Assembly: GCA_963815115.1 (NCBI GenBank)
Contig: CAWFFN010000007.1
Coordinates: 704,001-768,000, forward strand
From: an uncultured delta proteobacterium
Lineage (GTDB): Bacteria; Desulfobacterota; Binatia; DP-6
Length of the DNA: 64,000 bases
Reading direction: 5' to 3'
In this document: one piece after another, positions 1-8,878 of the stretch
Layout: each line of letters opens with the position of its first letter
Numbering within the stretch: the stretch's first letter is position 1
Position numbers and translations under genes: made by a program
Notes under the pieces: model-generated
The model's input: only the letters and a program-made list of their open reading frames with translations
Told to the model about the DNA's origin: nothing
Databases searched by the model: none

Positions 1-129
1 TTCCCACCCAAGACCGCATCCACGCAACGCCATTTGACGGGGAACCAAGCTCGGGGCATTGAGGCGCCGGGGACGAGGATCGTCGTGGGTGGTCTGCCGA
101 CTTCGATGACCGATTCAAAGGAGGCGAGC

Positions 130-498
130 ATGGGACTCGAAAGGATGCTGACGACGTTCGGACTGGTTGCGGCTCTGTTCAGCGCGGCTCTGCCCACCCG
201 GTGCGTATGGGCCGAGATGGCGGGGCACGACATGGCCGACATGGTGAAGAACGCCAAGACGGCCGCGGATCACGAGGCACTTGCCGCCATGTACGACAAG
301 GAGGCGGCGGACGCCAAGGCGCGCGCCGCAGATCACCGGCAAATGGCGGAGAGTTACAAGTCCAACACGGGCAGGGGGACGGGAGCCAGTTCCATGCCCC
401 AGCACTGCGCGAGTCTCATCAAATCCTTCGAGCAGCAGGCCACCATGTACGAGAAGATGGCGGCAACCGAGCGCGCAGAAGCCAAGAGAGCAAAGTAG
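130..498 (+). CDS. Small exported helical His/Met-rich protein
   Basis: AAGGAGG RBS before ATG 130; signal-peptide-like N-terminus (LVAALFSAALPTRCVWA); mature part has spaced H/M residues (DHEALA, DHRQMA, MPQHC). Confidence 0.75.
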   Translation: MGLERMLTTFGLVAALFSAALPTRCVWAEMAGHDMADMVKNAKTAADHEALAAMYDKEAADAKARAADHRQMAESYKSNTGRGTGASSMPQHCASLIKSFEQQATMYEKMAATERAEAKRAK

Positions 499-563
499 TC
501 CGGTCGGTCTGGTCAGGCGGGTTGCCCCGGCAGACGGCAGGCGCTCCTCGCCCTTACCTAGGG

Positions 564-665
564 CGACCCGAGACTCCGTCTCGGGTCGAAAGCGGAGGGG
601 AGCGTGTGGCGTTCGGCGAATCGAGCGGACGCCGTGCCGCGGCCGGCAAAGCCGGCGCGGCAAAC
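564..665 (+). repeat. Two-hairpin intergenic repeat, copy 1
   Basis: CGACCCGAGAC-TCC-GTCTCGGGTCG (564-588) followed by GCGGACGCCGTGCCGCGGCCGGC-AAA-GCCGGCGCGGCAAAC (625-665); recurs at 19941 (+) and 20204 (-). Confidence 0.85.
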
Positions 666-837
666 CGCGGCATGCCCAAGGCTCCGTCCCACTCCGTCCT
701 GCGCCGAGTTGGGTGCCGGCTGAACGGGAGCTCTCGCCGACGAAGAAGCGGCACTGGGAGGCGTCACGGCGACGAGCGGACTACCCACAGTCTGACTCTG
801 CGCGGAAGCCGATCGCGCACCGAGTAGCGCGAGGAGT

Positions 838-1245
838 CTACTCCATGCCCCAGGAGAAGACGTTCGTCGGCGACACCTCCACGATGACGGATTCGCCCTC
901 CTCCAGGGCAGCCTTGTCGGGATACTGGGGATATTTCGAGTAGAGGAGCTTCCGGAACTTCTTGAACCGTGAACCCTTCTCGATGAAGGCGGCCGTTCCC
1001 TGGATCATGACACCCTTCAGCTGCGTCCAATCGTCGGAGTACAGGTCGATGGTCACGGCGACCTTGGGAGTCGCGCGCAGGTTCCGTACCTTGCGGGCGT
1101 TCTTCTGCGACGCGAAGTACAGCTTCCCGTCGGTGAGCAGGTGACAGACGGGAACCGTGTGGGGAGTGCGTCGCGCGTCCACGGTCGCAACGCGACAGAC
1201 ACGCTGCCACTCGACTAGCTGGGCGACGGACTTCTTGAGGCGCAT
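838..1245 (-). CDS. Pyridoxamine 5'-phosphate oxidase-like split-barrel protein (possibly F420-dependent)
   Basis: RVATV..PHTVPV..LYF..KVRNLRATPKVAVTID..W..LKGVMIQG pattern; GAGGAGG RBS. Confidence 0.85.
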   Translation of the reverse strand: MRLKKSVAQLVEWQRVCRVATVDARRTPHTVPVCHLLTDGKLYFASQKNARKVRNLRATPKVAVTIDLYSDDWTQLKGVMIQGTAAFIEKGSRFKKFRKLLYSKYPQYPDKAALEEGESVIVEVSPTNVFSWGME

Positions 1246-1304
1246 GCTGTTCCCTCCTCGGGCCGAGTCTACACGCGCGGCACCGTACGACTACCGGGAA
1301 TTCG

Positions 1305-1332
1305 TCTGCGCCGCTGACTCTGCGCCGCTGAC
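1305..1332 (+). repeat. Perfect 14-bp tandem duplication TCTGCGCCGCTGAC x2
   Basis: Read directly at 1305-1318 and 1319-1332, in a divergent intergenic region. Confidence 0.8.
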
Positions 1333-1420
1333 CATGTCCGCGCACCGAGGCGAGAGACTCCCTCCGTATCTTGCACTGACGCAGCCCGCATGGTGAGTGG
1401 AAGCGGGAAAGGAGGCGTAC

Positions 1421-2386
1421 ATGTCATTGACGCCATCCGAATCGCTGCAGCATCTGCGCCTCGCGCTCGAGCTGTCCGGGGTCGACGCGGAGGTGGTTCT
1501 TCCCGAGGCGCGGCACGTCGTCGTCCACGACACGCGCTTGCACTACCTCGACCGGGGAACCCCGGGCCGGCCACCGATCCTCTTCCTGCACGGCGGTGCC
1601 CTCACGGCGCATACCTGGGATGTCGTGTGCCTCGGACTGCGCGGTGACTACCATTGCGTTGCCCTCGATCAGCGCGGCCACGGCGACAGCGAGTGGTCGC
1701 CGATCGTGGACTACTTTCCCGACGCGCACGCGCGAGACATCCACGGGGTGCTCGATGCGCTGGGATTCACCTCCGTCGTGCTCGTGGGTCAGTCCATGGG
1801 AGGCATGAACGCCTTCGTCTACACGACCCAGCATCCCGAGCGCGTCGCCGGCCTGGTTCTGGTCGACGTGGGACCGGAGGTTCGCCTGGCGGGCGCGAAG
1901 CGCATCGGCGAGTTCGTCGCCAGCACCGCGGAGATCGACTCGATCGATGCCTTCGTCGAGCAGGCGATGACGTTCAACCCGATGCGCGATCGCCGCCTGC
2001 TGGCCGCGAGCGTACGCAACAACGTGCGACAGCTGCCGAATGGCCGCTGGACGCGCAAGAACGACACCCGCTTCTTCGGCCAGATCGGCGCGGAGGAGAT
2101 CGCGCGGCGCATCGAGCCCCATTGGAAGAACACGGCCAGGGTCACCTGCCCGGTGCTGGTGGTCCGCGGGGCCTTGAGCGACGTCCTGCTCGACGACGCC
2201 GCGGAGCGCTTCGCGCGGTCGCTCCCGTGCGGGCGCTGGACGAGGATCGAAGGCGCCGGGCACACCGTGCAGGGCGACAACCCCGTCGGCTTGATCACCG
2301 CGCTGCGCGAGTTCCTCGACGCCGTGGATTCCGGCGGTACCGCGCCCGGATGGTCTGCTGCCGGCGGCCCGCGGTCCAGCGGGTAG
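1421..2386 (+). CDS. Alpha/beta hydrolase
   Basis: LHGG, DQRGHGDS, nucleophile elbow GQSMGG, C-terminal GAGH; AAAGGAGG RBS before ATG 1421. Confidence 0.9.
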   Translation: MSLTPSESLQHLRLALELSGVDAEVVLPEARHVVVHDTRLHYLDRGTPGRPPILFLHGGALTAHTWDVVCLGLRGDYHCVALDQRGHGDSEWSPIVDYFPDAHARDIHGVLDALGFTSVVLVGQSMGGMNAFVYTTQHPERVAGLVLVDVGPEVRLAGAKRIGEFVASTAEIDSIDAFVEQAMTFNPMRDRRLLAASVRNNVRQLPNGRWTRKNDTRFFGQIGAEEIARRIEPHWKNTARVTCPVLVVRGALSDVLLDDAAERFARSLPCGRWTRIEGAGHTVQGDNPVGLITALREFLDAVDSGGTAPGWSAAGGPRSSG

Positions 2387-2417
2387 GTCTCCACGGGCGA
2401 GCGACCAGCGGTCATCC

Positions 2418-2435
2418 TGCAACCGGGGAGTTGCA
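2418..2435. promoter_or_regulatory. Palindromic operator-like site TGCAAC-N6-GTTGCA
   Basis: Perfect 6-bp inverted repeat directly upstream of an ArsR-like remnant. Confidence 0.5.
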
Positions 2436-2482
2436 TTGCATTTCCCCCGGCGGTCCGCTTTCCATCGTACGCCGGAGCGAAG

Positions 2483-2638
2483 GAGATCGACCGCCGCCGC
2501 CTCGAGGATGCGCGCCGGTTCCTCGACGGCGTCTCGCAGCAGTGGGACCAGGCGCTCGCTCGCCTCAGAGCACTGGTGGAAGCGCCGTCGCCGGCCGTCT
2601 CGCGTGGACGAGCCGGCCCCGGCCGGCGGCGCCGATGA
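2483..2638 (+). pseudogene. C-terminal remnant of an ArsR/SmtB-type regulator
   Basis: Frame reads EIDRRRLEDARRFLDGVSQQWDQALARLRALVE, resembling the C-terminal helix of ArsR-family proteins; no in-frame start or HTH after the stop at 2386. Confidence 0.55.
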
Positions 2639-2662
2639 CCTGCGCCGGAAGCCGACCCGCCC

Positions 2663-3373
2663 TCAGCGCGACCGCCCGGCCGGAAGGGCGCTGCGCCGCG
2701 CCTGACGCTCGCCCGCTGCCACCTGGTGGAGCACGCGATCGGGCAGCTCCAGAGCGGTCAGTGCGCCCCCGTAGACCAGACCGGTGTCGATGCCGATCTT
2801 GTACGGCAGATCGACCAGCACCTCCCGCCCGGGCGTGTGGCCGAAGACGATGGTCTCCGGCATGCCGTGGGGGCGCCTGAGGAACTCTTCGCGGATCCAG
2901 AACAGGTCCTCGTCGCTCTGCTGCTCCCAGGGAACATCCGGCCGGATGCCAGCGTGGACGAAGAGGTAACCGCCCCACCGGTAGGCGCGTTCGAGACCCT
3001 CGAGGAACGTGAGGTGCGCTTCGGGAATCGCGGCCTCCACCACCGCGGGCTCCGCGCGCGCGTCGACGCCGTAGCTCCGCACGGCGGCCGAGCCTCCGTT
3101 GGCCAGCCACGAATCGCCCCAGTTCCCCGCCCGTCCGAGGAACGACAGGCACATGTCCTCGTGGTTTCCTTTGAGGAACATCCAGTCGACATCGGTGCGC
3201 TTGCGCGCGTCGAGCAGCAGGTCGATGACGCCCTTCGAGTCCGGCCCGCGGTCGATGTAGTCGCCGACGAAGCAGACGGCGTCGCCGGCGGCCAGCGGGA
3301 GGCCGTCGAGGAGCGCGCCGAGCTCGGCGGGGTTGCCGTGCACGTCACCGATCGCGAACAGCCGCTTGCTCAT
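2663..3373 (-). CDS. Calcineurin-like metallophosphoesterase (PrpA/PphA-like Ser/Thr phosphatase)
   Basis: GDVHG, GDYIDRGPDS, GNHE, FVHAG, FGHTP, IDTG; ATG overlaps the meaB stop (ATGA). Confidence 0.92.
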   Translation of the reverse strand: MSKRLFAIGDVHGNPAELGALLDGLPLAAGDAVCFVGDYIDRGPDSKGVIDLLLDARKRTDVDWMFLKGNHEDMCLSFLGRAGNWGDSWLANGGSAAVRSYGVDARAEPAVVEAAIPEAHLTFLEGLERAYRWGGYLFVHAGIRPDVPWEQQSDEDLFWIREEFLRRPHGMPETIVFGHTPGREVLVDLPYKIGIDTGLVYGGALTALELPDRVLHQVAAGERQARRSALPAGRSR

Positions 3374-4356
3374 GACGGACGATCGCGGATCAGCGCGGCC
3401 AGCGCCGCGTCGTCGCCCAGGATGCGGAGCGCCGCGCTGTAGGGATCGACCGACCCGCGACGCACCGACTCGACCAGGGCGCCGAGGCCGTTGGGATCGG
3501 CGATCAGGCCCGCCTCGAGCCGGCGGCGCATCTCCTCGTCGAGGATGTCGATGACCTCGCCGGCACGCCGTGCGGCGGCACGTCCCGCCCGATCGGGGTC
3601 GTCGTTCGCGAACGTCCGGTGGCGGGCGAGGGCGTCGACGACCGCCTCCACGCCGGCGCCACGGGTCGCTTCCGTGGCCAGCACGGGGATGGACCATGGC
3701 GACGGCGGGCGCAGATGCAGCATCTGCTCGAGCTCCGCGATCATGCGCAGGGCGCCGTCGCGATCGGCCTTGTTGACCACGAAGACGTCGGCGATCTCGA
3801 GCAGTCCCGCCTTCATCACCTGCACTGCGTCCCCGGCCTCGGGCACCAGGACGACGACGATCGAGTCGGCCACGCGCATGACGTCGAGCTCGGTCTGCCC
3901 CACCCCGACGGTCTCGACCAGCACGACGTCGCAGCCGAAGGCGTCGAGGAGACGGACCACGTCGCGCGCTGCACGCGGCAGGCCGCCATGGCTGCCGCGC
4001 GTGGCGAGGCTGCGGATGAACACGCCCGGGTCCAGGAAGTGCGCCTGCATCCGGATGCGGTCGCCGAGCACGGCCCCGCCCGAGAACGGGCTCGACGGGT
4101 CGACGGCGACCACCCCGACCCGGCGGCCCTCGGCACGGACGCGCGCGATCAGGGCGTCGACCAGCGTCGACTTCCCGGCGCCTGGCGGCCCGGTCACCCC
4201 GATCACGTGTGCCCGCCCGGTGTGGGCATAGAGCCGGCTCATCGCTTCCGGTAGCTCCGGCGCGCGGTTCTCGACCAGGGTCATGAGACGCGCCAGCGCC
4301 AGCCGGTCGCCGGCGAGAACACGGTCGACCAGGCTCTCTGCTGCTTCTCCGGTCAC
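3370..4356 (-). CDS. meaB: Methylmalonyl-CoA mutase-associated GTPase MeaB/ArgK
   Basis: GPPGAGKST, VDPSSPFSGGAVLGDRIRM, ETVGVGQ, NKAD. Confidence 0.95.
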   Translation of the reverse strand: MTGEAAESLVDRVLAGDRLALARLMTLVENRAPELPEAMSRLYAHTGRAHVIGVTGPPGAGKSTLVDALIARVRAEGRRVGVVAVDPSSPFSGGAVLGDRIRMQAHFLDPGVFIRSLATRGSHGGLPRAARDVVRLLDAFGCDVVLVETVGVGQTELDVMRVADSIVVVLVPEAGDAVQVMKAGLLEIADVFVVNKADRDGALRMIAELEQMLHLRPPSPWSIPVLATEATRGAGVEAVVDALARHRTFANDDPDRAGRAAARRAGEVIDILDEEMRRRLEAGLIADPNGLGALVESVRRGSVDPYSAALRILGDDAALAALIRDRPS

Positions 4357-4444
4357 AGCTCAGCCGATAGAGAGCCTCCCCCTGTGCGTCAAGCCACGCA
4401 AGGCGTCGCTTGACGCCCCGGGAGGGACACGTCAGATCCGATCG

Positions 4445-4822
4445 ATGCCCTGGCGGGTGGAATCGTCGTTCCTGTACCAGGCGGCACGCAGCGGCTTCGT
4501 GGTCGCCGGCGTCCTGCTGTTCGCGGTCGGTGTCGGCGACATGCTGGCCGGCCGCTCGAAGATCCAGGAATACCGCAGCGTCGTCCGCGAGGTGCCGGCC
4601 CCCGAGCCGCACGATCCGACCGCGCTGTTCCCCAAAGCGAGCGAGGCGCAGGAGCGACACGCGCTTGCGGAGGCGAAGCTCGCCTTCTACCAGCTGCTCT
4701 TCCTCGTCGGGCAGCTCCTCGCGGCGGGTGGCGTGGTGCTGCTCGCGATCGGCGCGTTCCAGCTCAGGCAGCGTACCCTGCGCGTTCCATCCGCCGGCTC
4801 TCTCCCCGGCTCTTTCCATTGA
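4445..4822 (+). CDS. Small two-TM membrane protein
   Basis: Two hydrophobic stretches (FVVAGVLLFAVGVG; LLFLVGQLLAAGGVVLLAIGAF) around a ~45-aa loop. Confidence 0.7.
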   Translation: MPWRVESSFLYQAARSGFVVAGVLLFAVGVGDMLAGRSKIQEYRSVVREVPAPEPHDPTALFPKASEAQERHALAEAKLAFYQLLFLVGQLLAAGGVVLLAIGAFQLRQRTLRVPSAGSLPGSFH

Positions 4823-4847
4823 CTTCCACTCCTCGCGCGTCTACAAG
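4819..4847 (+). promoter_or_regulatory. Putative sigma70 promoter
   Basis: TTGACT-17 nt-TACAAG, 21 nt before ATG 4869. Confidence 0.45.
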
Positions 4848-4868
4848 CGAACAAATCTGCACGCCGGG

Positions 4869-6041
4869 ATGACGTTGTCGGACGTGCAGCGAGGATGGTG
4901 GCGGCGGTTGGGTGTGGCAGAGAGCGAGGCCACCGGCACGTGGCGTGCGGAGCGGCCGGGCGGCGCCGAGTCGACGACGGCCAGCGCGCTCCTCGAGCTG
5001 CTCGCCCGCGCGCTCGGGCTCGAGCGGGCTGCGCTGCTCCTCGAGCAGACCCGAGGCGGGCCCCAGGTTCCCGTCGCCATGTGGGGCGCGGTTCGCCCGA
5101 CGACCGTCGAGCCCGCCGACGACGCCTGGAGCATCGTCCTACCGATGGATGCGGGAGGACGCACCATCGGCCGCGCGCTGCTCGCCGCGCCTGGCGGCCG
5201 CCCGCTGACGGCGGCCGCGCGCGCCCTCGCCCGGCGGCTCGTCGACGGCGCGACGGCGTTGCTCGCGCACACCCAGCTCGAGCACGACCTGCTGCGCGCC
5301 CGCGAGCTGCTCGCTCGCGCCGATCGCCTCGCCGCTCTCGGTACGCTCGCGGCCGGCATCGCCCACGAGATCCGCAACCCGCTCGTGTCCGTCCGCACCT
5401 TCATCGAGCTTCTCCCCGAGCGCCTCCACGACGAGGAGTTTCGCACCGCCTTTCGCGATCTCACGCTGGCGGAGATCGAGCGCATCTGCGGCCTGCTGAA
5501 CGACCTGCTCGCCTTCACGCGCCCGGCGGCTGCCCAGCCCGAGCCGAGCGACCTGAACGCGCTCGTGCTCCAGACCGTGCGGCTGCTCGAGCCCGAGGGA
5601 CGCAAGTGCGGCGTCGCGGTGCGGACGCGCTGCACGGCCATGCCGCCGCTCGTGGCCGTCGACGAGGGCCGTCTCAAGCAGGTCCTGATGAACGTGATCC
5701 TGAATGCCATCCAGGCGTGCTCGGAACGCGGCACCGTCGACGTCAGCACCCACCGTACCCCGGGGACCGACGGGGCCTGGAGCATCGTGGAGGTCGCCGA
5801 CTCCGGGCCGGGCATCCCTCCGGAGGTGGCGCCGCACATCTTCGATCCTTTCGTCACCACCAAGGACACCGGGAGCGGTCTCGGCTTGCACGTCGCCCAT
5901 CGCATCACCAGCGACCACGGCGGAGCCATCCACGCCCGCCGCCGGCCAGGCGGCGGAACGATCTTCGCGATCCATCTCCCCACCGTCGCCCCCACCGTCG
6001 CGCCGAGTATCGCGAGGGAGCGCGATGTCGGCACCGGCTGA
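4869..6041 (+). CDS. Cytoplasmic sensor histidine kinase (GAF-like N-terminus, HisKA, HATPase)
   Basis: AHEIRNPL H-box, NVILNAIQA N-box, DSGPG G1, FDPFVTTK F-box, GSGLGL G2; no TM helix; start uncertain. Confidence 0.9.
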   Translation: MTLSDVQRGWWRRLGVAESEATGTWRAERPGGAESTTASALLELLARALGLERAALLLEQTRGGPQVPVAMWGAVRPTTVEPADDAWSIVLPMDAGGRTIGRALLAAPGGRPLTAAARALARRLVDGATALLAHTQLEHDLLRARELLARADRLAALGTLAAGIAHEIRNPLVSVRTFIELLPERLHDEEFRTAFRDLTLAEIERICGLLNDLLAFTRPAAAQPEPSDLNALVLQTVRLLEPEGRKCGVAVRTRCTAMPPLVAVDEGRLKQVLMNVILNAIQACSERGTVDVSTHRTPGTDGAWSIVEVADSGPGIPPEVAPHIFDPFVTTKDTGSGLGLHVAHRITSDHGGAIHARRRPGGGTIFAIHLPTVAPTVAPSIARERDVGTG

Positions 6042-7404
6042 ACCGCGCCGGCGCGGCGTCCTCCCCCCGCTCTCGCCGGAGGCGGCGCGCGCCGTCCTGG
6101 CCCGGCCACGCCTGCCCCCGGCTGCCGTGCAGGCAGCCGCCGTCGCACGCGAGGCGGCAGCGCTCGCCCTGCCGGTCCGTCTCGAGACCCCGACCGCCGC
6201 CGGGCGCACGCTCCTCGCTCGCGCGCTGCATGCGCTCGGCGGGCGCCCGGGGCCGCTCGTGGCGGCCGAGGGGCGTTGCCGCGCCCTGCACGACCTTCCG
6301 CCCGGCGCCTCCGTGCTCGTCGACCTGGAAACGGTCACGGTGCCGGCTGCGTCGATCCTCGAGGCGTTGCTCGACGACGGATCGGTCTGGCTGCTCGTCG
6401 GGACGGTTCCCGGGCACGCGGTGCCACCGGTGCTCGCCGCGCGCCTCGACGCCGTCGTCCTTCACGTCCCGCCCCTCGCTCAGCGCACCGGCGAGCTGCC
6501 GGCGATCGCGGCGCACGTCTCCGCCGCCCTCGGCGCGCGGCGGGGCAGCTCCCCTCCGCCGTTCTCGCACGATGCGCTCGCCTGGATCGCGGCGCAGCCG
6601 TGGCCCGGCGACCTTCCCGAGCTCGAGGCGGTCGTCGCGCGGGCGCTCCTGCGTGCCGGCGACGGGCCGATCACGGCCTCCCATCTGAGCGGCGAGGAGC
6701 CCGCCACCCGGGAACCCGCGGCGACCACCGGTGCCGGCGACCGCGCGCGCCTCGAGTACCTCGCCGCCGAGATGGCGCACGAGCTGAAGAACCCGCTCGT
6801 CACCATCAAGACCTTCGCCGACCATCTGCCCGCCCTGGTCGACGACGCCGAGCTGCGCGCGCGCTTCGGCGGGCTGGCCAACGAGTCGATCGCGCGCATG
6901 GACGAGCTGCTCGAGAACGTGCTCGCGTTCGCCCGCATGGGGGCGCCGCGGCCTGCGCCGGTGGAGATCGGCCCCCTCCTCGATGGTCTCGTGGCCGAGA
7001 TCGAGCCCGCGCTCGCGGGGCACGCCGTCAGGCTCGACTACGCTCGCGCGAACGGCGCCCGGTGCAGCACCGACGGCGATCAGCTCGCCTACGCGTTGCG
7101 CAACCTGCTGGTCGGGATGCTGCGCGAGCTGCCGCCCGGCGAGGTCCTGCGGGTCGACGGCAGCTCCGCCGGGGTGGTGCGCTTCGGCTTCACCGGTCGC
7201 AATGGAGCCGCGGTCCGCCTGCGTCGGCTGGTGGTGGCCGATGGCGCGCTCGATCCGCATGACCCGACGCTGCTCCCCCTGCCCTTCACCCTCGCGCGCA
7301 GCGTGCTCGAGCGCAACGGCGGCACGCTCGCCGTGCGGGCAGACGCGGACGGGACGACGACGCTCGAAGTGCACTTGCCAGGCGGTGGGACGAACGGAGG
7401 TTGA
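6025..7404 (+). CDS. Hybrid protein: degenerate sigma54-activator AAA+ domain, HisKA domain with intact His, degenerate HATPase
   Basis: PPLAQR and PWPGDLPELEAVVARA match activator C-terminal motifs, but Walker A reads TPTAAGRT and GAFTGA is absent; AHELKNPL retained; G1/G2 boxes lost. Confidence 0.8.
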   Translation: MSAPAEPRRRGVLPPLSPEAARAVLARPRLPPAAVQAAAVAREAAALALPVRLETPTAAGRTLLARALHALGGRPGPLVAAEGRCRALHDLPPGASVLVDLETVTVPAASILEALLDDGSVWLLVGTVPGHAVPPVLAARLDAVVLHVPPLAQRTGELPAIAAHVSAALGARRGSSPPPFSHDALAWIAAQPWPGDLPELEAVVARALLRAGDGPITASHLSGEEPATREPAATTGAGDRARLEYLAAEMAHELKNPLVTIKTFADHLPALVDDAELRARFGGLANESIARMDELLENVLAFARMGAPRPAPVEIGPLLDGLVAEIEPALAGHAVRLDYARANGARCSTDGDQLAYALRNLLVGMLRELPPGEVLRVDGSSAGVVRFGFTGRNGAAVRLRRLVVADGALDPHDPTLLPLPFTLARSVLERNGGTLAVRADADGTTTLEVHLPGGGTNGG

Positions 7405-7405
7405 C

Positions 7406-8839
7406 GTGGAGCTCGTACAGACACCCCAGCGGCGCGTACTGATCGTGGACGACGAAGCCGGAGTGCGCGAGTCGCTCCGCATGGTGCTGAAGAACGCCTA
7501 CGAGGCGGTGGCGGTCAGCTCGGCACCCGAGGCGCTCAGCCAGCTCGCGGCGGCATCGGTGGACGTCGTGCTGCTCGACATCGTCATGCCCGGCATCGAC
7601 GGCCTCGAGCTTCTGGAGGAGATCCGGGGCCGCCACCCCACCCTGCCGGTCGTGATGCTCACCGCCACCAGGACGGTGAAGACGGCGGTCACCGCCATGA
7701 AGCTCGGCGCGTTCGACTACCTCACCAAGCCTTTCGACGTCGACCAGCTGCGCGTCGTCCTCGACAAGGCGACCGAGAACGCCGCCCTCGTGCGCGAGGT
7801 GGAGGCGCTGCGCACCGAGGTCGGGCGGCGCTATCACATCGACAACATCGTCGGGCGCTCACCCGGCATGCAGGACGCCTTCAAGACCGTCCTGACGGTC
7901 GCTCCGCTGAAGACCACCGTCCTGATCACCGGAGAGAGCGGCACCGGCAAGGAGCTCATCGCCAAGGCCATCCACTACGGCAGCCCGCGGGCGCGCAAGC
8001 CGCTGGTCACGCTCAACTGCGCCGCGATCCCGGAGACGCTGCTCGAGAGCGAGCTCTTCGGGCACGAGCGCGGCTCCTTCACCGACGCCCACGCGAAGAA
8101 GCTCGGGCAGTTCGAGCTCGCCCACGAGAGCACCCTCTTCCTCGACGAGGTCGGCGAGATGGGTGCCGCGACCCAGGCGAAGCTGCTGCGCGTGCTCGAG
8201 CAGGGCGAGTTCCTGCGCGTGGGCGGCCAGCGGCCCGTGCGGGTCGACGTCCGCATCATCGCCGCCACCAACCGCGACCTGACGGTCGCGATGCGTGACG
8301 GCTGCTTCCGGCCGGACCTCTACTACCGCCTGAACGTCGTGTCGGTGCACCTGCCGCCGCTGCGCGAGCGGCGCGACGACCTCATCCCCCTCCTGCGGCA
8401 TTTCGTCGAGGGCAAGACCCGGGAGATGGGCATTCCCGAGAAGGTCATCCGTCCCGAGGCAGTCGACGCGCTCCTGCGCTACGCCTGGCCAGGCAACGTC
8501 CGCGAGCTCGAGAACCTGATCGAGCGCGTTCTCGTGCTGTCCGAGGGTCCCGCGGTGACGCTCGACGACCTGCCGGAGGCGCTGCGCGACGACGACGACC
8601 GCTCGCCCGCGGCGCTCCGGGACCAGGTGCTCGGGGGACGGAAGTCCCTCGGCGTCGCCGTCGACGAGTTCGAGCGCGACCTCATCCTCGAGACGCTCTA
8701 CCACACCGACTTCAACCAGACCCGGGCGGCGGCGAAGCTCGGCACCACCCGGCGCATCCTCAAGTACCGCATGGACCAGCTCGGCATCCACGCACCGGAG
8801 CGCGATGCCGCGCTACGTCCGGGGGCGCCCGCAGCTTGA
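7406..8839 (+). CDS. NtrC-family sigma54-dependent response regulator
   Basis: Receiver (IVDDE, LLDIVMP, TKP), [31 protein letters not shown], Fis-type HTH; GGAGG RBS before GTG 7406. Confidence 0.95.
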   Translation: MELVQTPQRRVLIVDDEAGVRESLRMVLKNAYEAVAVSSAPEALSQLAAASVDVVLLDIVMPGIDGLELLEEIRGRHPTLPVVMLTATRTVKTAVTAMKLGAFDYLTKPFDVDQLRVVLDKATENAALVREVEALRTEVGRRYHIDNIVGRSPGMQDAFKTVLTVAPLKTTVLITGESGTGKELIAKAIHYGSPRARKPLVTLNCAAIPETLLESELFGHERGSFTDAHAKKLGQFELAHESTLFLDEVGEMGAATQAKLLRVLEQGEFLRVGGQRPVRVDVRIIAATNRDLTVAMRDGCFRPDLYYRLNVVSVHLPPLRERRDDLIPLLRHFVEGKTREMGIPEKVIRPEAVDALLRYAWPGNVRELENLIERVLVLSEGPAVTLDDLPEALRDDDDRSPAALRDQVLGGRKSLGVAVDEFERDLILETLYHTDFNQTRAAAKLGTTRRILKYRMDQLGIHAPERDAALRPGAPAA

Positions 8840-8878
8840 CAGGTCCGGACCCCTCCGATAGCTGCGAAACCGGTCCCC

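Noticed and set aside
8069-8090. GSFTDA instead of GAFTGA in the NtrC-type regulator
   Set aside because: The key F-T pair is retained and such variants are known; not evidence of inactivity.
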